Shown here one piece after another: positions 1 to 15,724 of a DNA stretch of 64,000 bases. Both the position numbers and the translations under genes were made by a program. The notes beneath the pieces were generated by a model. The model ran no database searches. It was given only the letters and a program-made list of their open reading frames with translations, and was not told where the DNA came from. How positions within the stretch are numbered: position 1 is the stretch's first letter; each line of letters starts with the position of its first letter. Origin of the DNA: Octopus vulgaris (Eukaryota); NCBI GenBank assembly GCA_951406725.2, contig OX597816.1:156364001-156428000 (forward strand), read 5' to 3'.

Positions 1-971
1 TTATATATATATATATGTATATCTATTTACATATATATATTCGCAGATATATACATATATGAACACATATACATACATATATACATCCATCCATCTATAC
101 ATACATACAAACACACACACACACATATGCATGCATGCATGCATACATACATACATACATACATTCATACATACATACATACATACACACACACACATAC
201 ATACATACATACATAATACATACATACATAAATGTGTGTACTGAGAGGAGGATCATGCACAAAATGATCTGAAATGGAGAATAGACTGTTCAAACTGAAC
301 TCCCTGAACTAAGAAAAATCAAGTAATACTACAAAGTAGAATACTAAATTTTTGTATAATACATGTATTCTAAAAACATGTAATCTAAAAAATGAAACAG
401 AAATATATTTTGTGCATTTGTATACGAGATTAGAAATGGCAAAAAATATGAAGACAGTTAAAATGTGTTAAGAATAATTTTCTTTTGTTTTTTTTTTTTA
501 TCAAAGTTTTATCAACAACATCATATGTTGCTAGATGTAGACAGCGATATCTTTTGACTGGAAGTATTGTTTTTTCAATATATATTTCTCTAGCATGCTT
601 ATTTTATCGTATATGCATATGTTTATTTATTTATGTATATGAATGTGTAAGTATATATATAAATATTTTGACACACACATATACACACACATACACACAC
701 ACACACACACACACGTTCTTCTATTTTTTTTTTACATGTTTCAGTGATTTGGGTGTGTCTATGGTGGAGCACGAATTATTCTTTGTAAGCCAATAACTTA
801 TTTTATCGGTCTATTTTGCTGAACATCTTAGTTATGGAGACGTAAGCACATTAACATTGGTTATCAAATGATGGTGGAGGTGGGGAGATGGACAAACACA
901 GAGACAAAGACACACACATAAATATACACACACACATACATATACATATATATATATTATATATATATATG

Positions 972-1019
<48 letters not shown>

Positions 1020-1034
1020 ATGTATGTATGTATG

Positions 1035-1115
<81 letters not shown>

Positions 1116-1793
1116 GCATATGTGCGTGTCTGCATATGAAGATGAGTGTGTGTGTGTGTGTTTGTAATGTGAGATACATTTGGTTATCAATTCTAGCCAG
1201 ATTAAACGAACACAGAGTAGCGTCCTACTTTGCATTATTGTTGTTGTTATTGTCGTTGCTATTGTTGTTGCTGCTGTTGACGATGTTGTTCTTGATGTTT
1301 TTGCTCACAACGATGATAACACTTCAATGTGGCAGAGAAGAGTTAAAGGCCCAAAAGAGCCAAATATATATTTGTAAGGAAATAATTTAATTTAAGACTT
1401 TGATTATTACAACCAACGTAAATGTTGTTATCTTAATGCAAAATACTGCATTCCGTTGCTAAGGACAATGATTGAGTAGATTAGTTATCGGGGAATTGTT
1501 TCGGTTTTAAATATTCGAAAGCTGCTTATTCTAATAGCTTTAAACATAATTCATCATGTAGAAATATGTGTTTGCTTATAATTACTTTAAACCTCCATTT
1601 AAATTCTGTAGAAGCAACACACTTAGAACTTCGAACCTAACAGCTGTAACCTTATGATTTATATTAAATGCAAACATTTCTCTGTGATTGTTGCAGTTCA
1701 GACCTTTACCTTACTTTTTGCAAAATATTACAAATCATTAAGTATCTCTCTCTCGCTCCCTCTTTCTCCCTCTCTCTCTCCCCTCTCTCTCTC

Positions 1794-1837
<44 letters not shown>

Positions 1838-2906
1838 GTATATTTGCATACATGCATACATGCATACATGCATATATATATATGTGTGTATGGGGGGGGA
1901 TTTGTATCTATGTATGTATCATGTGTACGTGCTTGTGTGTATGTGTGTACGAGTGCTTGTATGCTTGTGTGTGTGTGGGCGCTTATGTGTTTGTGTGTGT
2001 GTGTGTGTGTATATGCATGTTATTAAAAATGTTCTTGTCTTAAAATATTTTTCAGAAGAACATGGCGCAACACAGTAATTAAATTAAAGTGAAATTCGTT
2101 CCGAAATTCGTTTTGTCTGGAGCTTAAAGTTTCGCCAGGTCACATTTATTCAAGTATTTATATTTATAGTTAAATTTCGCGTAGGAAGTAAAGAGCACCT
2201 AGTAACTCTGAGTGAGTATATTCATTGATTTATGCCTGACGGCAATTTCTGACAGCAAAGGATAGATGGTCGTACAGTCAGTACTGTACGGTGAAGCAGC
2301 AATAAATTATGATAAGACTATATCAATGTTTATTAAATATATTATTTATGGCTTCACTATGTAGTTACTTTCTAAACTCGGGTGGTTATTCGATATATTA
2401 CCCATTGTCCGGGTGAATATATTAAACTGCATTCAGTGAGAAAGCTTAAACCCAATCATTAGAGAATTTCAGAGGGTAAGATGTTACTACTCCTAGGTGT
2501 GCTCAGGTTATGATAATAACATCTGCCATGGGTCCCAGTTGTTCGTCAAATCATAGAAGATAGTTCTGTCGCAAGGCACATAGAACTCGGAGAAAAGCTG
2601 TCCCGTCGAAATGTGTCAAATTAGGCAGCCGAAATGTTATATGCTAGATATGTATTCATGTCAAGTGTACCAGTTCCTTTGTCTCAGAGACTCATAGATA
2701 TTGGGCAATTAAAAGAAACCGCGAGAGAAAAGGTGACCAGTGCTGTAGATTGTAAAAAAAAAGTATGTTACTGGTGAGCGTTTTTGTATCATTTCCAACA
2801 AAGACGCAAATCTTCAGACTTTAGCAAATATGTCGATGACCACCGACCTTCAGAGCCACGCCACATGAATAGGTATTGAATATATAGAATATTACTTCCC
2901 AAACTA

Positions 2907-2978
<72 letters not shown>

Positions 2979-3119
2979 TTATTTACCTCTCTGTCTGCCT
3001 ATCTAGTTAGTTAGATAAATAGATAGATAGACAAAGATAGAGAGCCAGACAGAGAGAGAAAGACTCGTAGATATATCGTTTTAGATATACATATGTAGCT
3101 ATGTATGTATGTACTTATT

Positions 3120-3158
<39 letters not shown>

Positions 3159-4649
3159 TGGTATGCGCTTATAATTGTGGGGGAGGATAGAGCTATTTTT
3201 AAATGAGTTACTAAATGGTTTAAACTCTATGTGAATATCCATTATCTCTCAAGCATATCTAATATATCCTTAAGTATACAGGAAAACATTCAACTAAATA
3301 TATTCATCTTGACACATATATACACATATATTTGTAATACTATATATATATATATATACAAAAACATATAATATAGTATGATATATACATATGTGAGAAT
3401 GAGAGAGAGAGATTAAAAAAAGACAGCAAGGCATTTCTTAGATCAATATTCACTAAAAACTATTATAAATGGCTACACATGCATGGAGATAATAAAAGCC
3501 TATATTGTTATAAAGCGTTCGTTGTAAAATTCCGTATGAAGAATTATGCTTTGTTTCACCACGATGATCGAAGTATTACAAGAAACTTATTGAATAAAAG
3601 AAACACTTTTAGAATATCAGAAAACACAAATATACAAATAATTTAGTAGTCTAAACCATACAACACAACACAGAAGCAAATTAAACACAATACATACGAC
3701 AGACATAACATCCAGTAAAAACAACACATAAAAAGCATAGCACCAGACAAATTTACTCTGGCTATTGAATAAATGAACACATTATAAAAAAATGACATCA
3801 AACAGAACATGAGGACCATTAAATCCATTCATAAGCTACCATTAATAATATACAGCAAATATACAAAAAATTGAAAGTATTCTCATTAATAACAAAAAGC
3901 AAGATTGAAAGCCACTGAATAAATACTAGGTGATCAATGTAAATTAGAAAATAGTATGCAAATATACAATTTGTAAATTAAGCATGCTTTTATGAAGTGC
4001 AATTTTTCTATAGTCAGAAGAAGGGGAGCAGCGTCAAGGTATCCTGTAGGTGAAAAGCGACAAATGAATTACAAATCGTACATTTTCCGTGGACTAAAGA
4101 CCTGGTATGAATACCTACAGATAAATATGTCTCATCTAAAGTGGCCTAAAACCTAGGTACTGGTTGTATAAAGGGTGCCAAATCACAACTTGAAATAATA
4201 GTAGAGAAACATTAGTAGGTAGGACAACTATCAAATATAAAATTCTCATCCTTTCCGACAAATTTAGATTTTTGGTCATGGAAAATATACAAATAATATA
4301 AGTTACAACGCGAAACATGGCATACATTGAGTGTATCGTAGCAACAAGAGCATCTGTGTGAATTGTGGGAGAGCTTGATGTATGCAAATATGAATGCATG
4401 TCGTATGTGTGTGCATGCGTGTATGCGTGTATGTGTATGTGTGTACGTGTGTATGTGTATGCTTCTCTGTAAGTACATATGTATATGTTCAAGTATGTCT
4501 GTCTAATTTTCTTGAGTGCAAATTCGTTGTTTCACAGACGCTTGTGTAATTTCGAATTCGCTGTCAAAATAATTATAAGAAAAATGGCTAAAAATGACTG
4601 AGCCCCTTATCCAGATAATGTCTAATGTTTCATAGTAATGAAACAGTAC

Positions 4650-4722
<73 letters not shown>

Positions 4723-4723
4723 T

Positions 4724-4804
<81 letters not shown>

Positions 4805-4842
4805 TTGTATATATATTTATATATACATACACACATGCACGG

Positions 4843-4901
<59 letters not shown>

Positions 4902-5254
4902 GGTTGTATAAGTGCGCTTATATGTCGAGTATATATGTGTGTGTGTGCATTTTGGGATATCCTAAATATGTTTTCGCACTCCAAACATTTGAAATAGTAT
5001 TCTTGAATTTACTTTATATTTATATAATCCGATAAGATTTTCTGATTACAAAACAGAATTCCATTGTCTGCGCGCAGTATGAGTTGGCAAATAAAGTTCT
5101 GGACAATTTTAGAAACGAACTGTTCTTTGATTATTCTTTTTTCATCTGAGACATGGACTATGAAATGTGTCATTCAGTACTTTTGAGTGGTAGAGAATGC
5201 AAATAAAATATATCGACATGAGATACTTTCAACTCCCACCAGGCACCTATAAGC

Positions 5255-5302
<48 letters not shown>

Positions 5303-5384
5303 GATATGAGGGAATATTATTCCAAACTTACAGGGAAAAATTCAATTTTGAAATACTAAATCAAATTTCACAAAATATAATATA

Positions 5385-5450
<66 letters not shown>

Positions 5451-7034
5451 TATATGTAGGGATGGATGGATGGATGGATGGATGGATGGATGGCTGACTG
5501 GCTGGATGGCTGACTGACTGGCTGGATGGCTGGATGGCTGGCTGGCTGGCAGGCTGGATGGATGGATAGATGGATGAATATGTGTGCATAGCAATATAGC
5601 AAAAACTGTTTAACAAAACTAGAATGAATAAGTTAAAACTTTATGTTAAAACTTATTAACTGATTCTTAAGTATACTTACTGCACTTCAATTATTTTATA
5701 CAAAGCAGACATCCTGACCCATGCACATCGCCCAAGTTTTATTCTTTTTTAAATTTTAATAAATGAACAATAGTTTCTCAATCGAACAATCATTTGAACG
5801 ACATGTGTACATTATGTCTTAGACGCAAAACAATGTTTCTCTTCACTAACAAATCTAAAGTTGTGCAAAACTGATCAATAACTATCAAGTATTTGGTCAG
5901 AATCATTTATCAAAACCATCACTCTCTTCCCCTCCTTCTCTCTCTCTCTCTCTCTCTCTCTCTTCCCATGAGATCGCAATGAATACAACGGTGTACACAG
6001 GAGATAAGCAGTAAGCTCCAGTGAACCACAACGGCTTCGAGGTTCCAGTTCACCCATTTTTGTTTGAAGCTACCTTACATTAATTGCATCACTAATGTCC
6101 TTGAAAATGGCACTAACATAATAAATCTGAAATATCGTACATAAAATAAGAATCAATATTTATTACAGGAAACAAAGATGGCAAAGTGGTGAATTTAGTT
6201 GGTAGATCGTTGCTGAGTTTTCTCTCTCTCATTTGCTTATTCCTATCTCTACGTTCTCATTCAAAATCTCGTTGATTTAAAAATATAGGCAATAGTCATC
6301 TACTTGGGTCAAAGCAGTCTACCCGTACACTGTACCCCACACAGCTCAGTGTGCGGCCTTGTACTTACGTAAAAGAAGAGGAAAAAAAATCAATAATTGT
6401 TATAGAGAAAAAAATAAAGCAAACATGCTAACAGGTAGTTCTGCTCTCAAGAGAATTGAAGAGAAGATGTATTGCCGGATTGTTAATAAACAAAATCAAT
6501 AGATAAGTTGACTATCAACTTTAGCACTGTCTCTATCATGTCTCGAAACTCTTATCTAGACAGACCAGACAGCAAGTTACATACAAGCTTGGCTGTTTAT
6601 TTTATAAGCATACACATAAAGGGAAAAGTGCCCATGTGTCTTTTACTTGTTTTATTTCAGATGTTATCACGTGTTTGCCACAACACGCTACACCCAACAT
6701 CACCAATATCAACGACATGACAACTTCGAAGCACCACGAGGGTAAAATACATTAACATCAACAACATCATAACTATCACCACCACTACCGCCACCACCAC
6801 CACCGCCACTACTATCATCATCATCATCACCGATGTGGTTAATATCCCACCGTCACAGCTATTATGAAGACATGAATAAGAAAAAAAAAACGAAAGCAGA
6901 AAAAAAATAAGGCCATCACCGACGCCATTATCACTATCAACAGAACTATCACCAATAATATAACTGTAAAGACGATCACAGATACGCAAACAATATCACC
7001 ATTGACAACACCACCGTTAAAAAAAATATTGAAT

Positions 7035-7150
7035 TTAGTTGCGTAGTATAACGTTTGCTTCTCAGCCACATGGTTTTGGTTTCAGTCGTAACGCGTGGCA
7101 CCTTGGGCAAGTGTATTCTATCATAGCCTCCGGCCGACTAAACCCGTCGT
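7035..7150 (+). mobile_element. SINE family A 5' fragment
   Basis: gcgtggcaccttgggcaagtgtattctatcatagcctccggccgac matches family A. Confidence 0.65.
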
Positions 7151-7552
7151 GTGTATGAATATATACATATAAGAGAAGAAAAAGAAGAAAAAAAATGGAG
7201 GTTGGGAAGTTAATAATTGTTTATCAATAACAACAAATCCAACATCATTCCTTACAGCTGTTTCAATTAAAATTCAGTGAATAAAAATATTGAATTCATA
7301 TGCCCTACAGATAATATATTCAGAAGGAAAAGAATATACCCTTGAATGTTTTATATATGTGCTATGGATTCATTATACACCTCCTGCTTTAAGGAAATAA
7401 ATTCCTCTAAAATATTAGGTATTGAACCAGCATTTCCTAGGATGACACCATCCCTTCACAAGGCTAACATAACTTCTTATATATATATATACATATAAAA
7501 TATAAAAAAATAAACGTAAGTTTATATTTACATACATACACACACACACACA

Positions 7553-7612
<60 letters not shown>

Positions 7613-7826
7613 TATGTATACATGTAAATATAAACTATATAAACTAACGTTGATTTTTTTTTTATAAACGGTAAAGTGAGTGTATTAGATTTATTTTCGA
7701 ACTGTTATAGCTGTTTGTTGACAAATTTTTTCCGCTTAGTAAGGGTTATTTACCCAATGTTTCGGCAGTTTTAACGGCGTCTCTGCGTTCGAAAATAAAT
7801 TATCTTATTTGTATCTTGATACAAAT

Positions 7827-7887
<61 letters not shown>

Positions 7888-8199
7888 GAGGGAGAGAGAA
7901 ATGCTTATGTGTGTGTGTGTCTGGCAACTGGTGTTTGTGTGTTTACGTTCCTGTAACTTAGCGTTTCAGAAAAAAAAGAAGGAAACAAACACTGATAGAA
8001 TTAATACGAGACTTACAAAAAAAGAAATTAATGAATGGATTTGTTTCATTCGGCTAAAAATTCTTGAAGGTCATCGAAGTCTAATAGTAAATGGTAAAAG
8101 GCATAAGATAATGATTATGGCTGAACTGTCTTTGATACTGAGTCGACTAAATCTGGGTGACCTGGGGCTAAACACTAAGAACAACACGATCAATATTAC

Positions 8200-8653
8200 C
8201 ATAAGCACCACCATGACCACTACGACGACGACCACCACCATCACCATCACCACCGTTAATGATACCAGCAATGCATAATCTCACTTCTTAACTCCGGCAT
8301 CACCCGTTGTTAACATTAATATGAAATGACTCACATCGGGATGAGGGTTAAAAGTTGCCAGCAGCCCTACCCACAACCATCGATGCCGCATAAGTTTCAA
8401 GCACGCCAGAAATACCAAGCCCTATCAACCATCAGCTCTTGCACCAATATCATCATTACGGCTACCACCAGTACCGTCACCACCACTACCACCACCACCA
8501 CCACCACCACAACCACCACCATCACCACCACCGACACCACCACAACCACCATCATCATTATCATCATCACCATGATCTTCATCATCACCACCACCACCAT
8601 TACCACATCATAATGATCCTCATGATCATAACATCTTCATCATCATGCTCAAT

Positions 8654-8685
<32 letters not shown>

Positions 8686-8829
8686 TACAATCACCATCGC
8701 CACCATCCTCGCCACCACCACTACAATGGTGGCGCAGCTTAAAGACGATACGAGTACTTAAATTCTCCGTAGTCTCAAGACTAGCACTTTTACAAAACCA
8801 CCACCACCACCACCACCACCCCACCACAA

Positions 8830-8862
<33 letters not shown>

Positions 8863-9231
8863 CGAGCATTAACAACAGCATCACCGCAATCACCACCAAA
8901 ATCTCTCGTTAAGAACGCCACCGACTCACAGTCCCATTACCGTTGCCATTAGCACAGAGATGTTCACCACATCATCACTAATAGTCTGTAAGAGCTTCAC
9001 CATCACTGAGCAGCATGGTCTTCAAACAATCACACCAGTATCACCATTAATACGAATGATAACAAGGCCAGCAGCAGCAACAGCAGCAGCGGCAATAACG
9101 GCAGCAACTGCGGCAACCTCAGCAGCAGTAGCAGTTCCAGAATGTAATGAAAAGACCGCTGAACAGGAAGTAACAACAAGAAACACATTTAAGCAATAAC
9201 ACGATCATCATCACCACCACCACAAATACTG

Positions 9232-9304
<73 letters not shown>

Positions 9305-9482
9305 TACTACTACACTAAATAATAACAATATGCTCAGGACAGTAACGACCCGAATATCAATAGCAATGATTATGAATGGTGGTAAGGTGTCAATATCACC
9401 AAAGCAACGGCACCAGTTACAAGAACAACAATGGCTACTACAATAACAACACCAATAACATCAACAGCAGCAACAACAACAA
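8200..9482. repeat. Compound trinucleotide low-complexity region (CAC/CAT/CAA/CAG/TAC)
   Basis: Visible tandem triplets that generate spurious poly-H/T/V ORFs. Confidence 0.9.
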
Positions 9483-10181
9483 TATAACAAGTGAAAGAAG
9501 CGTGGCTGATTGAACTGGTAGAAAGAGCAGCTTAGACTTCCTGGAATACATCTCGATGGTCGTTTAAAAATCCCGCATTAGATAACGTGAATCTAGTCTC
9601 ATTTTGAGCCGAGAATCACGTTATCTAACGTAATAGACGGGATCAAAGTGATAGGTGAATAAGATCTGTTAAACAACAAAAACGAATAAAATCGAAGTCT
9701 GTGGGAGTGGCTTGGTTTGCTAGAAATAGCAGCTTAATCAGCTTCAAATCGCACATAGGGTCTCAAGGAAAAGGAAACGTTGGGTATTGTAGACCAAGAT
9801 GACACTAAAAAGCGATATGATCGCTGATAGTATCCCTTCCCTTGTAGGTCAGACTTGACCTGGGGTTCAAATGACAATAACGACTACGAATCAAGGTCAA
9901 TAGAACGAAATGTAAATAATATAATATTAATGATAAATACAAAGTTTCTGATGGTACAATGGTATTTGTAATGAGGGTGGAGATGCGTGGCTTAATGGTT
10001 AGCGGTGTTAGATTCATTACCGTAAGATTGTGTTTTCGATTTCTGAACTGAGCGACGCGTTGTGTTCTTGAGCAAAACACTTCATTTCACGTGGTCAACG
10101 ACGATGGACACCATCACCGTGACTATTTTCTTTAATATCGTGGTTAGGGCGACGATGACCATAATGCAAAAAATTATTCAA

Positions 10182-10220
<39 letters not shown>

Positions 10221-11026
10221 GGGATAATGTCAATGATAACAGCAGGAGTGAAAAATCAGGACAACATAGAGAAGAAAAAAAACAGTAGTAACAGTAATAT
10301 ATGTTAGCTTCATGATATGTGGTAGCTTCATCCTCAAGATCATCGACATTATCATTAATCATCAGTGTTGTCATCATCATCATCGTCATCGTCGTCGATG
10401 TTATCATCATAACCACCACCACCACTACCACCAACTCACCATCACCATCCCCACAAACACTAACACAATCGGCACTACCAACACTACTACCAATGCAAAC
10501 ATCATCGTCACCACCACCACCATCTTCACCACCACCACAAACAACAACAACATTGTTATCATCATCAACATCATCATACATATATACATACACATACACG
10601 TTGCCTGTGCTACAGCCATCACAGGCTATTTAAAGCAATATATAAAAGGAACGGGCAGATGACAACAGAGCATCTGCAGAACATTTGCAAACACATTACA
10701 GGAGAAACTAAAATGTAGAAATAAAACAAACATACACGAAAAACAGCAACAGCTAACACAAAAAAACAAAAAAACAAAAATGAAGGAAAACGCACAAACA
10801 AGCAAAACCAAGAACGAAAAACAAAAATAAACTATTAATATAACGTAAACACCAAGGATATCAGCAATAAACATGGCAGCAGATTTATTAGTATTTTATT
10901 GATTGGACACATTAGCTGTGTTTTGTTGGAGATATCTATGAGATTGGATACAGAGGAGGATAGATTCGGCGAAGACAACTGGTTTCTGAAATGACTGTGT
11001 GGTCAGGTTAGGCTTAACATATATTC

Positions 11027-11405
11027 TTGTATTTGTTTCAGCCAGTTGAATACGGCCATATTGGGGCAGCTCCTTTAGTCGAGCAAATCTTTGTTAAGCC
11101 AACTACTTATTCTATCGGATTCTCTTTTGCCGAGCCGCAAAAGTTACGGGGACGTAAACATCGGTTGTCAAGCGATGATGGTGGTGGTGGTGGTGGGGAC
11201 AGACACAGACACACAAACATATACGTGTATATATATATATATATATATATACAACTTATAAAATAAGGGCAAAAGAAAAATTCTAATGCCAAATATTTTG
11301 GTCTTATTTTATAAGTTATTTATAAATTTAAACTTTAAAGGTATTTTTTGATATGCTGGCCATTGATAAATTCTTTTTTCGAAAAATAATTTATCCTACA
11401 TTAGT

Positions 11406-11475
<70 letters not shown>

Positions 11476-12180
11476 TGTGTGTACACGACGGGCTTTTTCA
11501 GTTTCCTTCTACCAAATCCACTCACAAGGCTTTGGTCAGACTGAGGCTATAGAAGACTGAACCCGGAACCATGTGATTAGTAAGCAAGCTTCTTACCACA
11601 CAGCCACTCCTGCGCCTATAACATATATATGACGGGCTTCTTTCAGTTTCCTTCTACCAAATCCAATCACAAGGCTTTGGTTGGCCCGGGGCTAGAGTAG
11701 AAGGCACTTGCCGAAGATGTCACGCAGTGGGACCGTACCCGGAACCATGTGGCTGGTAAGCAAGCTACTTACCACGCAGCCACACCTGCGCCTATATATG
11801 TGTAAATGACTCGACTGTGACCATCCTAAGTTTTAGAACTTGAAGGGATTTAGTTGAAAACGTCGAGCCTAGCAATTATTTTTAAAGCCTAGTACTTTCC
11901 ATTTTTGCTTTTGCTGACCTGCTAAATTACATAGACATAAACAAACCAATAACGGTTGACAAGTAGTGTTGTGGGTCTCTCACCACCACACCACATGTGT
12001 GTATATATGTGTGTGTATGTATGAGTTTGTGGGTACGATGGGCTTCTTACAGTTTCAATCTACCAAATCCAATTTGATAAACCTGAAACTATTAGAAGAC
12101 ATTTATCCAAAGCAAAATTGCCACACGGTAGGCTTGAACCACGAATCATATGGTTAGAAAGCAAACATCTTGCCACATAA
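11027..12180 (-). mobile_element. Cluster of SINE family A pieces (about 11027-11220, 11485-11617, 11630-11792, 11840-12180)
   Basis: Repeated gacgggcttctttcagtttcc-taccaaatcc...ggaaccatgtg...cagccac-cctgcgcc segments and 3'-half motifs, all in minus orientation. Confidence 0.8.
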
Positions 12181-12232
12181 TCGCGTGTGCACTTCCCTCT
12201 CCCCCTCTTCCCCCTCTCTGTCTCTCTCTCTT

Positions 12233-12269
<37 letters not shown>

Positions 12270-12439
12270 ATATATATATATAAATACGCGCGCGTGTGTG
12301 TGTGTACGTGTGTGTGTGTGTTTATGTGTGTGCATGTGAGTATGTGTGTAAAAAGATTCTCTTTGGCCATGAATGACACATAGAAAATTTCCATCCGAGG
12401 CACATGTTGGGGTAAGGTTCTTATGGCAGACCAGCAGTC

Positions 12440-12648
12440 GCACATGCGTACAAGCCTCTCATCTCCACGCCATCGATGTTATCCAAGAGAAAGGGAATGG
12501 TCGATACAACTTTGCACCAGTAACGTTACAACAGATTTCCACCTCTGAGTGAATTGGAGCAATGTGAAATAAAGTGTCTTGCTCAAGAGCACAAGACACA
12601 AGCCGGTCTGGGAATCGAGCTCACAACCACTGAGCCATGCACCTTCAC
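12440..12648 (-). mobile_element. tRNA-headed SINE related to family B
   Basis: The minus strand begins gtgaaggtgcatggctcagtgg and has a ttcgattcc-like B-box. The cttgagcaa motif is shared with the head fragment at 9977-10095. Confidence 0.55.
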
Positions 12649-12680
12649 ATTTTGCCTTTTTTAAATATTTTATGTAGGTT

Positions 12681-12722
<42 letters not shown>

Positions 12723-12759
12723 AGTGTGTGTGTGTGTGCATGCCCGTGTGTTTAAACAC

Positions 12760-14150
12760 AGACATAATTACAGTTGGTTCAAATGAGAATAGAATCACCA
12801 GCCTCACACAGAACAGTTTTGTGGTCGACCTAAAAGTATATGGCAAGTTTATGATAAATGTGAAAGTGAGCCTTGATATGCTTACAACATTCTCAAAAGA
12901 TAAACTGGTGGTTTTTGGTCAGGATAAACTGTTCTAAGTGATGGTTAAAGAAGAGAAACAGTAAGCTGGTCCAGCAATACCTCTGTCAATGTACTGGCCA
13001 TTTCTCAATTTTTTTTAAAAAAAGGTTGTCGGTATTTAAAGATGGGTGATTAAATATTATAACAAAGAACGCGTGACCAGAAATATAGCACTGAATAAAA
13101 AGCAATCCATCATCCTCGGGGCTTTCAGCACACAATAAATCAGTGACTATGGCTACAACTAAAAGATTAAAATATAAAGCCAAATATTACGTCAAATAGG
13201 GGAGATAAACCTAAATAAATCCATCGTAGTTTAATATAAACAGCTCAATATCTGCAAAAGATATCCTATTACAATAAGAATTTGATAACTAATGGAGGTC
13301 TCTCTAAAGAAGAAATGATGGGACGGAGAAAATAGCCGGAGAGTCAACTGGAGTGTTAACATACCGCATGCATGTAGCTCATATCGCAAAAATCTACCTT
13401 TGACCTTCTGAGTTGGACATTGCAAGAAATTATCGACATAAATGTAAGAACTCCGGTATTTTCAGGAAAATTGAACAAGAGAGGGGGTTGGACAGATTAG
13501 ATTTTCTACGCAAGGGAGATGGTCGTGGTTTTAAATCAATATTAAAGCTATAACTAACCCGGTTTATAACACCGAAGCAATATAATCAGCAGACAAAATG
13601 TTCAGTATCTCTCTCGCTCAAGCTTGCAAGTACGAAAATGAAAATGTCATTACGATAGGTAATGGTCTTCAAGAGAGACATATAATAAATGTTGTTACGT
13701 ATCTCTTTACAAGTGATATAGACAAATCTATTTAAGATTTCAGAATTATCTAAGCTAGTTTACATAAAATGCAGAATTAATCACTTGATAAATGTATGCA
13801 CAAGGAACATTTTACCATAGATATGGTAGAATAATGTCTTCTTGAGGCATTTTGTGGTGGGTCTCTTAGAGTAAATATAGAAAAGAAGCGAAAGAAAGAA
13901 TAATAACAAAGGAAGATGAACATATTAAGACTGACAGGTCACAAGAATTATTGGTGAAGCATAAGTATTTGAGTAGAAAGCAAATTTATTCACTAAGAAA
14001 GATATGTGGTTTGGGATCAGAAACAAACACGCACTCTTATGAAATGCTGCTGCGTTTTGGTATCAATACCCTAAAAAAAATTATAGAAAGAAGGATGCAT
14101 ATTTGATCCATTAATGAGAAAATTCAAGATGCAATGACTTTTACACCCAT
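12760..14150 (+). mobile_element. Decayed non-LTR retrotransposon (R4/Dong-like) reverse transcriptase relic
   Basis: Plus-strand frames give LTQNSFVVDLKVY...LDMLTTFSKDKLVVFGQDK (compare xHxxF/YxDDLKLY...FSxDIxMxFGxDKC), STFDLLSWTLQEIIDINVRT, and DRLDFLRKGDGRGFKSI (compare RLYLPRxxGGRGL). There are many stops and frameshifts, and the 3' boundary is approximate. Confidence 0.7.
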
Positions 14151-14603
14151 AATAATCGCTGCAATGCTATACGACCATTTGACCCGGACCAAAGTGTCGC
14201 TCTTACTCCGAGAAAGAACGTAGTTGTAAAATTAGAACTTTATAGATTATTACAATACCTGAATTGATAAAAATCTGCAAGACATTCTTAAAGTTTAGAG
14301 AGGAAACAGTTGCGCAGCGTATGGTGAATAAACGGAGCTCCATTTTATATAACCCTACCACCGAGCAGGATGTATGCATATGTACATACATAAGGATAAA
14401 CCTTCATATACTTAGAAGTATGCATGAATAAATATATCCCATCGGTTAATGTTACAGTATCTCCTGGAATTAACATATACATACAGCCCTGTATTTGAAT
14501 ACAGTACACGCTCATGCATTTAAAATGAGGTATCATATACACACTCGAGGGTTAAAGACGAAATAGCTATGTATAGAGATTGCATGAGTAAAAATCGTCG
14601 CAG

Positions 14604-14966
14604 CCCTCCGTCGGATACGACAATGAGGGTTCCAGTTGATCCGATCAACGGAACAACCTCCTCATGAAATTAATGTATAAGTGGCTGAGTACTCCACAGA
14701 CGCGTGTACCATTAACGTAGTTCTCGTGGAGATTCAACATGACAAAGAGTGTGACAAGGCTGACCCTTTGAAATACAGGTACAATAGAAACAGAAAGAAC
14801 GAGTGAGAGAAAGCTGTGGTGAAAGAGTACAACAAGTTTCGCTACCGCCCTCAGCCGGAACTTCGTGGAGCTTTATCTGTTTTCGCTCAATAAACACTCA
14901 CAACGCCCGGTCTGGGAATCGAAACCGCGAGTCTGCTGCTCTAACAACTGGGCCATTGCGTCTCCA
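14604..14966 (-). mobile_element. SINE family B, full-length copy
   Basis: The reverse complement aligns along the full length of 28714-29105. Confidence 0.85.
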
Positions 14967-15724
14967 CTTTAGTGAAGAGATATAATCAATGTTGCTTACA
15001 AATATGCATTCACATATGACTGATTCACATATCCACAAATGGGATCTGTGAACATTTGACTAATTTACACATATTCACGTATCCTGAAACTCTTTTCACA
15101 CAGACAAGAAAGCTTTGTCACTGTGTCAGTGACAGTGCTGTAAAGTTTAAAATAATAAAAAAAAAAAACTTAAAAGTAAAACATACAAGCAATATCTTTT
15201 ACAATAAAGTCATTCATGTCAAGCAGAAATGTCCCCTCCTCCCACCACACAAATACATATGCATATTTGAATCTATGAATCGTGTGTATAACGTGAGATA
15301 GATTTACATGCATATAGAATTTTATAGAAGATATACGTTTACTTGATAAAATAGATAAATGCGATATACAGAAAATAACTTTATTCAAATATTCACTCGT
15401 GCACATATACACATATACTTCTATACACACACACTTGTTTCTGACAGAAAAATTATTTAAAACATATATCTAACTTATATTAGACTTACTGAGTGTCTTC
15501 GGTTCAACTTCAAATTGCATCCGGTACTGGAGCTTATGCATATCGTTATCAGATAATATTTCATTTGCTTTTAACATATATTTCTTTGTATATTGTCAAA
15601 AGTGTTTATGTGTGTGTGTGAACATGGATGTATATGAGAATGTGTTTTTGTAATTTGCAAATGATAAGTGATATTTAAATCTAATGTGTTTGGTTATCCA
15701 CTCAAGAGTATTCTATTTTTAACT

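Noticed and set aside
5960-6075. GC-richer unique stretch with a 60-aa minus-strand ORF and a small hairpin
   Set aside because: No mGluR or other recognisable similarity, the ORF runs into a (GA)n tract, and the hairpin is too short to be significant.
8326-8912. His-rich and Thr-rich ORFs
   Set aside because: They arise from CAC/CAT triplet tracts open in several frames on both strands, with no supported exon structure.
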